DNA of 64,000 nt, taken from NCBI GenBank assembly GCA_028023455.1, contig JAQFVV010000004.1, positions 24,738,001 to 24,802,000 of the forward strand. The letters are read 5' to 3'. Positions 1-12,800 of this stretch are shown here, in pieces; positions within the stretch are counted from its first letter, which is position 1; every line of letters starts with the position of its first letter. Source of the stretch: Epiperipatus broadwayi. Lineage: Eukaryota; Animalia; Onychophora. The notes beneath the pieces are model-generated. The model made no database searches and was not told where the DNA came from. It saw only the letters and a list, made by a program, of their open reading frames with translations. A program made the translations under genes and the position numbers.

Positions 1-174
1 GAGTATTATTTAATTTATCATTTAGTAATTATATTATTTCAGAAAATTGTTAGTATGTATTGCAATACTGAAATGGCCATTTTAAAATTTATATTTATTG
101 ATGAAATCATTGCACTATATATATATATATAAATTCAAATATATGTATATTATCAACATTTTAAACTTAATGCT

Positions 175-615
175 ATTATAAGGGATTTGAACTCAGACTT
201 TCAAACTCTCCACCGCTATCCAGTCTACCTTATACAATTGATACATATGACTGCATACATCTGCAAAAGATAAATGATCCCCATATACATATTTAATGCT
301 GAATCACACTCATCAGTTGGTCCAGATCATCAATCTCCAACACCTATATACAATCACTGCTCAGTTTATATTAAAATAGCAAAATTTCAAACTTTAATGA
401 ACAAGCTTCAATCTTCTCCACCCTCCAACTCTTCAGCCATCCATATCATTGAACATCCATGGATGAAATGTTCAAAGCCCTTGATGATGCCAATATTATT
501 ATCATACCTATGTTAACCTTAAGTCAATCTGATCCTTCACATATAAGACTTTAATATGCCCATTTAAATATACACAAGAGGGATGGAAAGAATAGAGTCT
601 GAATATGCAATATTT
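175..615 (-). mobile_element. HHR repeat family A monomer (retrozyme / Penelope pLTR-like), degenerate, inverted copy
   Basis: Reverse complement aligns along its length with 1195-1638 (roughly 80-85% by eye) and with the 475-nt unit at 45446-46151. It contains an HHR at 274-330. Confidence 0.8.
274..330 (-). ncRNA. Type I hammerhead ribozyme, family A, probably inactive
   Basis: Minus strand reads ATGATC-TGGA-CCAA CTGATGA GTGTGATTCAGCAT TAAA TATGTA TA TGG-GGATCAT. The CUGAUGA core is intact, GAAA is mutated to TAAA and stem II is eroded. Confidence 0.7.
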
Positions 616-1194
616 AAATATATTATAGTAATTGAAACTTATTTTCATTTATTATATTATTTATTGTGACATCAATAACTGCATCCTATTCTATTCTAAT
701 AGCTTATTATTCTTTTTGAAAAAATATTCATTCAAAAAGAATGAATTCTACTATTGAGGGAAAAAATGAAATTAGAAATTCTGCTATGATAATAAGAATA
801 GGAGCTATTATTAGGGGTTCTTTATTTAGGTGATTAATTTTTAGAGATCCAATTATAACTGAATTAAAAATGGTAATAAAAGTTTTAACATTAATAATTA
901 CATTAATTGAGGAAAGTTATATAAAGAAGAGATTTTTTATTTAAAAGAAAAAATAAAAATAATTTTTTTTTTACTTTTCTCAAATTTGATTTTTTCCTAA
1001 AATTAGATGTTTTTTTTTTTAAATTTGGTAATAATTAATCTCACATAATCCATAATCAACTATTTATACCAACAAATGCAAAAAAAATAAATAAATTTGC
1101 AAGGGTTATTGATTCTTAAATTAGTTTAATCATTAGTTTCTAACTAAAAATTTATTATTGCATCTTATTGTCATCAACAATATGACATGCACTT

Positions 1195-1638
1195 AATTAT
1201 TACATATTCAGTTTGTATTCTGCTCATCCCTCTTCCGTATAATTAAATGGATATATTAAGATCCTATATGTGAGGGATCAGATTGATTTAAGGTTAACAT
1301 GGGTATGATGATAATATTAACATTATCAAAGGTTTTCAGCATTTCATCCTCAGATTTTTCAATGATATGGGTGACTGAAGAGTTGGAGAAATGGAGAAGA
1401 TTGAAGCTTTTCCAGTAAAGTTTGAAGATTTGTTATCTTAATATAAACTGAGCAGTGATTGTATATGTGTATTGGAGATAATGATCTGGACCAACTGATG
1501 AGTGCTGGTTCAACATGAAATACATATATTGGAGATCATTTATCTTTTTCACATGTATGTTGTCTAATGTATCAGTTATATAAGATAGATTGGATAGCCG
1601 TGGAGATTTTGAAGGTCTGTATTCAAATCCCTTATAAT
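1195..1638 (+). mobile_element. HHR repeat family A monomer
   Basis: Homologous to 45665-46100 and inverted relative to 175-615. It contains an HHR at 1480-1540. Confidence 0.8.
1480..1540 (+). ncRNA. Type I hammerhead ribozyme, family A
   Basis: AATGATC-TGGA-CCAA CTGATGA GTGCTG-GTT-CAACAT GAAA TACATA TA TTGG-A-GATCATT. Both core boxes are present. Stem I is CCAA/TTGG plus AATGATC/GATCATT. Stem II has one mismatch. Predicted cleavage is after AUA at 1528. Confidence 0.85.
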
Positions 1639-4600
1639 TATATATATATATATGTGTGTGTGTGTGTTTAAAAATAGTGATATTGGTAATCATAGAGCTA
1701 ATAAATGATTTAATTGATTTTTTTTTTTTTTTTTTACAGAAAACCCAAAATTAGTAAGATAAATTTTTTAAACATCTTGTAAATGTTGTTAGTCTCCAAG
1801 TACTTTTAATATTGCTCGTAATGCTTCAAGTAAATACAGATAATTTTATATTCTGAAGTACTTTTTAATTTTGCAATTACAAACACATAATTAGAATTTA
1901 TTTGCAGTATAAAATTGAAATAAAAGTTCATAGAGAATCAAAAGAAAAAGATATTAAACATGAATTTTTTAGAAATGAGAATCAAGAGAAAAATTAAATA
2001 ATTATCCAGTTTCCTATGATTATAAACAGGCATGGATCTTAAATATAATTAACTTTTTATTATTCTCAGCCTGAAGTTTTAGTAATAATCATAAATTCTT
2101 GATAAATAAAATAAAATATATGAGTTTTAAGTTAATTAAAATTTTTAAATTGCATGCACTATGATATAGTTGTTATAATAAAAATAATATTCTTATTTGT
2201 GGTTGATTTCTTCAGAGAGATAATGTTAAGCATAAAAATTGCTGATTTGAATTTACATGGATATTACATACTGAAATAAACTGTAGACAGGAATAATTCT
2301 GAATAAGTAGCTACGTAGTTAACCTAATGGATTGTTTTCAAGCCAGACATGTTGAAGTCTTTCTAAATGGAGATATTGGTCACCAGGGAAAGAATTGATC
2401 AGCAGATATTTGGAAGTTTATTAACACTGTATTATAGATAGGTTTTTACCATAATCAATATTTTGCTACATTGGCTATGAATCTGATATTATAAATTCCT
2501 ATGGATACTAAAATAATGATTATTCTTTTTCTAGTAGTAGAAACAAAACTTCATAATATTGCTTGAATTCAACTTATAAACTTTTTTTTATAAATTCTTA
2601 GTTATTTTTGAATAAACAAACCAACATGTTAAATTTTAATTATTTTGCTCTGCTTTTCAATTAAACAAACATAATTTATAAGCATACTAATTAACATTTT
2701 ATAGTTTGCTAAATAAATTTGGAAAACTTGTTTTTCAAAATTTTAAACTAAAGTAATTAAAATATTATGTTTTGTTTTTTATTTTTTAATTGCAGCTAAA
2801 TTAATTAACAAACAAAATACTTTGCCAAAATATATATTCTATACAATAATAATTTAGTACAGCTCTGTGATTATTTCTATCATTTCTGTTGTTCCTATTT
2901 AACAATGAAGGCCTAATCAACATCGAAATATTTTGCCTCAATGGATTTGATGATTTAAAGCATTTAATTTAAAAGTTTTTAAGAATTTTGATTATTAGAA
3001 TTCACAATATATCTCTAGCTGGAAAGTATAAGTAAGTATGCTGATTTATATTATGTCAGTATATGATACTCTGAAAATAAGCTATGCAATTATGAATGAA
3101 TATAAATACAAGGAGTGACTACGAAGAAATATAATTCTTAAAAGAACAATAGAAATATTAAATGTAGTTATAAATTATGTAAAGAATATAAATGATTATA
3201 AATTCATATTTTAATAAAATGTTCATTTTGTGTAGTAAAATAAATTTTAATAAAATACCAGAAATAGAAACTTTAAATTAATATTATAAGATATGAAATC
3301 ATTGTAAACACATTGCTATCTTTGTCTCTAGTTGTGTAAAGAAGAATATAATACTAGCTTAATAAACTAAGTCAATGTAAACAATGAAATATTTTATCTT
3401 ATTGAAGGATTCCTTAGATATAGAACTCAAATGCAACATCGAATCATGATTTTTTATACATAAAAAAATAAAGATTAGAACATAAAAATATAGTTAGTAG
3501 AGTTATTTGTTTTTTTTTGATACTCAACAAATCAGTTTTAGAATATACAATGGGAAATTTTGTTTTGATAATATTGTAATTTTGTATTAGAAAAAAGTTC
3601 ATTAAAAAGTTAATTCAAAGATATTATTGTCATTATTAGCAACAAAAACCAATAAGTAAATAATTTTCATGCATAAAATTCATGATAGATATGGAAAAGC
3701 ATATATACTTTATATAAATAATGATGTATTAAAATTGACCTGTTTTGAATAAGTCCTAAAGCTACTTTTAGTTAACTAATAAAACATTTGAAAATGTATT
3801 TTTGTTATATAAAAATAATCATACAACTTAATGTAAATAAATTAAAAATCATGTGATAGCCCAAGCTTGATGTAATTTTACATTCAATTTTTCCAGTTTG
3901 ACCAATTAAATTTCTTATTAATATATATTGATTTTTTTTCTTACAATTTATCATTTCATTCTTCCATAATAACATCATAATAATATCAACTTTATTGAAA
4001 TAAAAACTAAGTTCATGGTCTAAAAAATAGACTATGCATATAAACAATATTTACTAAAACATTATTTCAATGTGCATAATGATAACCAGTATATAAAGAT
4101 CAAAAAATACTTTATTATATTAATAACATTATGTTTTTATTTACAAACATATCTTTCAGATTATTAATCAGTCTTTTTAAAGTAATATGCAGTATTAAAA
4201 TATTCTCCACATATATGCTTCACATTATTTCTATTGTAAAAATTAAATGAAATAAAAAAACATTGTACAATTTACACTTTTGTTATGATCAAGTCTACAA
4301 TTTTTTATAATATTATTAATAAAATTCATTTTACATTCTACATTCAGTATATATATATATATTTAATTTCAAGAATTCAGTGAACTTTATCAATTATTGT
4401 TAAGTAGTCAAAAACGTGTTAGACATATCTTGTTAATTATATAATTAAAAACTTTTCTCTAAATATGGTTGTATATATATTTTGTATAATATGTATTTAC
4501 AAATATTCTCATTACTATAACTTATGTATTTACATAATTTTTCATTACAAGGATGAGAACATTTTAAATTAATCATTTTATGAATGAAAGAAATTGTAGA

Positions 4601-5729
4601 ATTATGATAAATCATTCTGACATTCACTGATAAGCTTTACTGGGAATCCATAATTTAAGAAATTAGATAATAAATCAATATTACAAATTAAAATAATTAA
4701 TTGATTTTATTTCCTTTTCCATTTTCAATTTTAAATTATTGAAAAATTTTAATTTTTCAAACTAATGAATAATACCTTTTTCTTTCATGCAAATAAAACT
4801 ATTTTTCATATGTCTAACATAGACCTTAAGTCTTTTTTGAATATTGGGATCAATAATTTCTTCTTTCTATGCTGACAAAACAAAACTGCATTTATGAATT
4901 ATTATAGGTAAATTCTTTAATTCATTTTTTCTATATTTTATAAAATTTATTATCATAACTTACAACAACATTTTCGTGTACAAACTGTAGATAATTAATG
5001 GTAATAAAATATTTAGTTTATGTATTAATATCTTTTAACAACAAAATTCCATTAATTATATTAATAGACACTAAACTATTAATTAAACCATCAATAGCCT
5101 TAAAGATGCAATCAGATGTAATAATATTTCAAATTCTTTTATTTTCCTCCCAAAATTAAAAGAAAGCACACTAAAATGTCCACATCAAATACTATTGTAA
5201 TAACTGACCAAATATTTTTCTATGAACTATAAAAATCATTCATTAATCTTAGTGGAATATTTTGTTTATGTAGATTCACATTTTCAAAAATATGTGAGCA
5301 TATAGTACTGAATATAATCTCAAATTAAATTTTAAAAAATGTTCAGTCAATCCATTCTTGTCTTTGAAATTGCTATTACTAATTGGTTATTAATATAGTA
5401 AATGAACATAGATGGGCTTCTCACCAACATGCATCAATCAGCATGATGAGTGTACTGCATAATTATTTCTGAGTATAAAATCAAAAAACATCACAGACTT
5501 TCTTCTGAAATGATAATTCTTAACTGAAGATATCAATTGAGATTTTTTGAAGATAGAATACATGTATGTGGAAAGATATTTTTAAAATAGATGTTTACAT
5601 TCACAAGCCAAAATAAATAATGGTCCACATTACTAGAAGGCTGCAAAATCAAGAACTAAGGCATCAGTTGGTAGCTGAAGAATAGAATGCCAAGAATTCC
5701 TTGATTATGGATTCAAGCACTCATTGAAT

Positions 5730-6900
5730 GACATTTTATTTAGGAATTGACAATTGTATATCATCTTCAAGTGAAAAAAAATTACACTGAATTGGAAGAA
5801 GAATTATCAAATATTAAATGGGACATTGTTAAATTTTGGGGAATCAAAAAAAAAAAGTGGAGAGAGAATTGATTTAAAAAGTGAACATATATTTTACTAC
5901 AAAAGCATAAAAATTAAACACACAAGTAGATTGGAATTTTTTATAAATAAAAAGTGGAATAACAACATTATGGAGATTGTTGGTATATTGGATAGAGTAA
6001 TGAAATTATTATTTAAATTAATGAAAGATGTCAAAATTTAGACTTATGCCTCAAGAAATTTTTATTGTCATAAAGAAGTAGAGGATTATAAGGATATATG
6101 AAATACTTTTGATCAAACCAGACAACATTTTAAAATTGACACAAGAGACTTTAATTCCAGAATTGATGATTGAAAAATAAAAATGGTATGGGTAAATTTG
6201 ATTATAATATTAATATCATCTATATTCTTCATTACTTTTACAATGCTTTTTTTACAACCTAATATGACAGTTTCGATTGCTTTCGGAACTTCATATTAGG
6301 TTGTAAAAAAGCATTGTAAAAGGAATAAAGAATATATATGGATTTGGCAATGCAATAGAAAAGATAAAGTTATAAATTTAATTATGCTGATAGAAATGAG
6401 AAAGACACAGACTAGTAGAGTTTGTAAAAAAAAATGTATACTATGAATTCTTTCTTTGAGAAAAATTCTAAACAGAAATGAATATAAAAGCAACCAAAAA
6501 AATAATAAAGCAGAATTGTATTATATTTAGATTAAGCACAGGAAGTGATCATCAATAGTGAGATTAAAATACATGTTACTACAAAACTAGAGAAATGAAA
6601 CTATTAAAAAAAGACAATATTAACAAAAAACACACCAGTGAATTTCAAATAGAACTTGAAAATTATTATAGAATATAATTGGTATCAATGTACTATTAAG
6701 AATGAAAACTGGTACAAAAAAGAAGCAGTCTACTAGTAAATATTCTTCTAAGGCAAGACAATATATGAAAAAAATAAGCCATTAAAAAGAATTGAATGTC
6801 TAGAGTTATGTAAATTGTTACAAAAATAATTAATTATAATATAAAAAACATAATTGTGAATTGTCAAGAAAAACTACAGAGGAAAATAAAAGTTTGAAAT
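5730..6900 (+). mobile_element. RTE-clade non-LTR retrotransposon, decayed AP-endonuclease region
   Basis: Frame-broken translation gives ELEEELSNIKWDIV, ERIDLKSEHIFYYK, FFINKKWNNNIMEIVGILDRVMKL, TRDFNSRI, NKAELYYI, STGSDHQ and KRIECLELCKLLQK. These are collinear with APE motifs of RTE elements. Many stops and frameshifts. Confidence 0.8.
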
Positions 6901-8295
6901 GGATAAAATAATATCTTGATTTTAGAAAAAAATTGTTTCAGTAATAAGAAGAAAAGATGAATCTATTATTTAAAAAAAGAAGACATAATGAAATAGGTGG
7001 AAATTATTTAAATGTAGGCTTAGCAGATGATGTGTTTTTTTTGATAACTAATTCTTCAGAGATTCATGAAATATCACAAGAATAAACTAAAATAATATAA
7101 AGTAGATTTTCTCAAAAGAAAATAAAGATTGATGATAATCATGAATAAATAGAAGATGACAATTCTAAATACATACGCCAAATTATATATATTGTAACTT
7201 TAAAGTATTACTGTAAATTTAAAACTAAACATTTTATTGGTTTTAATTTTTTTAGTTAAGCATTGTTGTTATTATATAGCATAGAATATAATCATCGTCA
7301 TGTTTAAATAATCTCTCATACTATTGTTTATGAGAGATATATAATTTTTATAAAGCATTTTGAATGGTTTTCCAAGATTTTTTTTTGATAGACTTCTACA
7401 TCTGTATAAAGAAAATATGTCCGCTCTTTTTTGTTGTTATTCTTATTAAGGAATAACATTATTGAATTGGATAAATCAAAACAAATGCTCACACACATAA
7501 AAGAAATAATTCAAAACTAGAATTATAGAATAGAATTATAAATATAACATCACAACATTAAAAATATTTCATTAAGTGATAAAACAAACCGCTCTTACAT
7601 TTTATATCATGTGTGTGCATATGTGGTGTGTGGAAGCTTACATGTTAAGATTTTTTTTTATTTAGCAAAGATTGATTTAGTTTGCTAGAATATTTATTAA
7701 CCAATAAATTATTTATTAACAGGCCAATTTAAAATTAATTCAAATAAATGTCTGAGAACTTTATAGTTTTATGATTTATTTATTTAAAATAAATATTTGT
7801 AATATTATTTTGAAATCTGGAAATAAAAGTTAAATAATTATAAATTGAAATTATCATCTTCTTTTTTACTTCATTTTTGAATGGTGTTTCTTAAGTTTCA
7901 CCACCTTGATTCAAAAATCTTAACTTTAATATTTTGTCTGACAGTAATCATACGGACCACTTGCAATATTTTGTGAACAAATGAATAAACCTCAGTGCAT
8001 AATGGAGAATATTCTGTAATCCAGACATCATATAATAACTGGTATAGAAGCTAAAGTTTGAAAAACCCAGATAATCTTTACAAATTTTCATGGCATTCAG
8101 GACCTAAACAGGTTCAAAATTTTAAATAGCCAGTTCGTTTGTCATCTACATGATGATTGGCTAAACTAAATAGGGAGTTGCCTTTGCTAGGCAAATGACT
8201 TCTCATCATTCTAGGAGGAAGATGAATAACAACAAATAAACCAAAAATTATTTTTAATTAATTCACTAATTCTTTATTTCAAGAAATCTCATTTA

Positions 8296-8850
8296 TTACA
8301 GTCTACTGTTAGTGGAAAAATGGACAGATTGGCTTATGGAATGCTGTCTCACTATTTCAACAATAAATTTCTGGATTTCTTCAATTGAAAGCAATGGTAA
8401 ATAGCTGATAGATTTTAAAAAATTATATTTATTAACTTCAAATAAGTAGCTGATGTTTATTTTCAAATTATTGTAAAAATAATTATTTTCATTACTATAC
8501 AAGAAAGAATGCATATTCGTTTCGATGTTATAAATGGTTTCGTCTTTAATTATATAAATAAAAACTTTAAACGATAATTTTTTCAAATCAAATATCCCTC
8601 CACAAATTTGTAGCTTAGAGAAACAAACTGTGATTCAAAAAAAAATAATGAACATCGTTTTTGTTACAGATGTTAAACTATTTGCTTTATCATAGATACT
8701 ATCAGAATTACTGGCATCATGGATTAAAGATTTATTAATGAATAGATTACTTTTATATATCAAATTAAATAAGTAATGAATGCTAATCTTTGGTATAAAA
8801 TTATAGCACCTGTTCAAATCAATTAAATCACTGCGTGGAATAAACTACGA
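8296..8850 (-). pseudogene. Unidentified coding-like remnant (two in-frame ORFs joined across one TGA)
   Basis: Track ORFs 8635-8817 and 8296-8586 are in the same frame. About 185 codons are interrupted only by the TGA at 8635-8637. Local CpG density is clearly above the flanks. No family recognised. Confidence 0.3.
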
Positions 8851-9334
8851 ATTTGTATCCAGTGCTTAAGGAATTGCATTACGAATCATCAATGCTAAAT
8901 ATTTAAATAACATTCAATGAATAATGGATTGTGAAAACACTATTCCTGAATTGAAGATTATTAAAGCAATATGATAAACGTCCAAGTGATAAGTAATCTT
9001 AAAACGGATTAATATGTTGAATGTAATTTATTTTGAATCAACAATTATGATAAACGGAATTTATTAATCTTTATGCTGTGTCCGGAAAAAATTATATTAC
9101 AAAGTAGAATTATTTATGCTTTACCTAATCGGTGATGCTGTTATTTTAAAAGCGCTTGTATATTCCCAAGAACTCTGAAATATTTTGCAAGTAGCAATAT
9201 TTCAATGGAATAATTTTTAAATCATCATACCCATTTGAGGATTATTTAATGCATTTTTTAAATAATTGTTTCTTTCCCAGTTAATTAATACTGTTATTAA
9301 TGTAATAAAATTTCTCATATATTACTATGCAATG

Positions 9335-9885
9335 TGTAGTGGCCTCCGCCCAGTACTAATAGGCACATAAACTAAATAATTTCAACTACCTATTAATAAT
9401 TAACAGTAACAACTATTTATTTACAACAAGCAGACATTAACATATTTACAACAGGTCCACATCAATGTATTTGGGTTACATATATACTCTTACTAATAAT
9501 TTAATATATGAATTATAGTATTGGCCTTACGATTAAATTACAAGTTTAATATATTAACAATATGCTTACATAATCTGGCCTTGCAACTTACAACAAATAA
9601 TAATAAAGCACGAATGACCTTTATTAGTCCCTAGGTCTGCTTTGGCACCTTCAGTGGTGGAGTTCACTGGATCACGAGTTCTGGTTTCAGCTGGCATACT
9701 GTCTTCTGGTTACACTATCTCATGACAAATTTCTTGTTTTGACTGGGCTTTAAATACCACTCTTCTCATCCATGTACAAGAGTCTGGGATAGCCTTGTCT
9801 TGCTTCGGGTCCATGTTCCAAAACTGCTATTCACTCTGAGGTTCATGAGTTTCCCATGCAGAGGGGAGGGGTAAAACTGGAAATG
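9335..9885 (-). mobile_element. Probable solo/partial LTR
   Basis: GC-richer block. On the minus strand a TATA-like TATTTAAA is followed by AATAAA and the block ends in ...GGCCACTACA. The 5' end and TSD were not found. Confidence 0.35.
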
Positions 9886-12800
9886 TTTATCTCTTTTCTT
9901 ATCTTTAGATATGTAACTTTAAAGTATTTAACTTTCTATTACTTGCTGATATTTTTATAATGCAATACAAAATCTCTATTACTTGCTGATGTTTTTATAA
10001 CACAATACCAATACATAGTATCATGTACAGATATTTTATTTAATATTATTATTAGTAATATCAAATGAGATTAAATATGGTGTACCTTAGGTTTAGGTTG
10101 TATAAACATAAGTAACGATTAAACTTATATGAAACTGTGCTATATTTAAATTATTGTATGTTTTATGGGTTCTTATGTTAAACTTCAAAGCTAAAATGGA
10201 GTTAATCATCCTTATTTAGATAAATAAATCTATAGGAAATATTTTATGCATCACTCACTGTTATATATTATTGCAACAAGGCATCTTACTGATCTAGTTA
10301 TATTTTGATAGTGGAGTAGCACTCTTAACATGTAAGCATGCAAACGAATGTAATAAAGAATATTGAGGTAAAATAAACAAGTCCAATGTGAAAAATATCA
10401 TCTAAGAATGCTAAGCAATGATTATACTTGCTTCTCTTAAAAGAGTGATAACTTCTCCAGCATTATTGAGGTTGATTAATAATTGAATAGTTAATGAAAC
10501 TAATTAAGAACAACTATAAAACATTTATCTTTTATGCTGATGATAATTATTATCCTCCAGTATTTAAATTGAGGATTATTTTAAAATAATAAACGACTTA
10601 TTTTTATTTAATTTTAGTGGCTTTATAACACTGTCTGATAACACACTTTTCATATTCCAAATTCAAATTAGATTTAGGAAACAAATAATAATATTTATTA
10701 GATATTTAATATAATTATCTTATTGTTATTATTCATTTTTATCATTTATTTTATATTGTATAATAAAATAATTGCTAATTTTTAATATTTCTCTTATTTG
10801 AGATATTAGCTTACACATAAAATCTATCTGGATTAAGTACATCATCAAAATATTGGTTAAGATCATGTACAGAAAATGCCTTTTCTATAGTCATATTTTA
10901 AAATGCACAACCTCACTTTATATCCATGTATTTACTTTCTTATAATCGTGAGATAAATCATTAATCAACTTTATATTTAAAACTTCTAGTCTTAGTTATA
11001 AAACACAGATTGAGATACTCCTAATTGGTTCTTATAGTAAGAAACATCTGTAAGGATTTTTATTATTAAATAAAATAAGATTAAGAGTACACTTATTATT
11101 ATAAAACCCTGAAAAATTTATTTATTATTATTATTATTATATGTGAATCAACTATTAAAGTATAGAATAGTTTTACCTTATGTGGAAATATATAAAAACT
11201 TGTATGCATAATAATTGCAAATCAACTAAGGGATAGTAGTTGCACTGTCTTCTGCATTATCGGTCTCAGCTATCTCAATCATATTTTCCATCTTATTGGC
11301 ATCAAAATCACAAGTGGTCTCTCTCATATAGTTTCATTATATATATATAATATTTTTGGAGTGTCTTCAACTACCTTCTCTTTGTAAAATTTAACTGAAT
11401 GTGCCTTAATATTATTACCTAAATGATAAGCAGAAAAAAATGAATTCATTTTCAGTGTGGCACAAATTTTATTAAATTTAATATAGATAATGATTAGAGA
11501 TATTAGTATTCCATAAATATTAAATATATTGATTTACTATTGTTTAATATTTAATTCTACTATTATATATATATTGAATGCAGTATTTTTTAATATAGTT
11601 AGGAATCCAGAGGGACTAAAGGAGAGTATTAAAAGAAAAAAAGTTTATCATTTTTACATCCCTTGTGAAATTAGATAACAAGAAATAGCATTTGCAAAAC
11701 TTCAAAACAAAATATTTCATGACAGACTATAATTCTGTATTCTTTTCTCTCTAAAATCAACAATAAATCAAATAGGTAAAAAAAAAAATCAGTAGATATT
11801 GGAAAAAAATAAGCAAAAGAAAAAAAAGTCTCATCAAATTGTTAAATTATGAGAATTTGATCAGTTTAAGATTTGATTATATGCATGCACATGGTTTTTC
11901 ATGTTTGTACATATATACATAGAATTAACTGCTTTTACACTTTAATTAGTTATAAACTAAATGAATGTAATATTTTGCTCTATGCACAAACACACACATA
12001 TATATATATATATTGAACAGGATGCTTTATCAGCTTCAAAAGTTCCATGCAAAATTTAAAAAATTAACTTTTATTTTATAAAGTTTTAAAAAGGAAACTA
12101 TTTGAAAGTTTTATATGTTATAGTGCAGTTATATTTTAAAATTCTCTAATCTTACTTTTTAGTTTAAAAATAAGTTTCTTTTGACACTTAGTATTTTTTT
12201 ATCTAATTTTGAAAACATTTTAATTTTAAAAAAGTTTTAATCTTTTTTTTTTTTAAAAAAAAAAGCATTTTAATTTTGAATGTTTTGATTGCATTCCTGG
12301 GTCTTTTACTTTATTTATTTTAATTTATTTTTAATTTACTTGTAAAAAGAAAGCTGAGATCTAATTTTGCATTTACTTTTTTAAAATTAATTTTGTATAA
12401 GATAGGAACCCTGGTTAGATTTTTAATTAAGATTAAGTCTGAGGTAGAGATTTTCCCTGGGCAAAAACTGCGAATTAAAGATGGCACAGGAGATAAGAGT
12501 GCATATAAATAGCCCTGGGATTTTTGGATTAGTTGGCTATTTATTTTTATTCTGTTTGTTGAATTTTATTTTTTGCTGTGCTGCCTTATATTTTAAAAAT
12601 TGCTGTCTGCTGATATCATATTATGGACCATTATTTTCTAAATAGTGTTACTCTCTGCAGAATTCTAAAATTACCCACCATGAGGAATCTTTTCTACAAC
12701 ATGCAGTGCTAAATCCACCTGAAGACTGGACACCAGATTCTGAGTTGTTCCTTCAAAGATCATGCTGTAAAAGCATAAACAAGAACTAATCCAAAACTTG

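Noticed and set aside
7945-8150. Possible Tc1 transposase fragment (GPLAIFCEQMN...)
   Set aside because: Only one short motif-like match. Downstream QDN and SPDLNP motifs and TIRs were not convincingly found.
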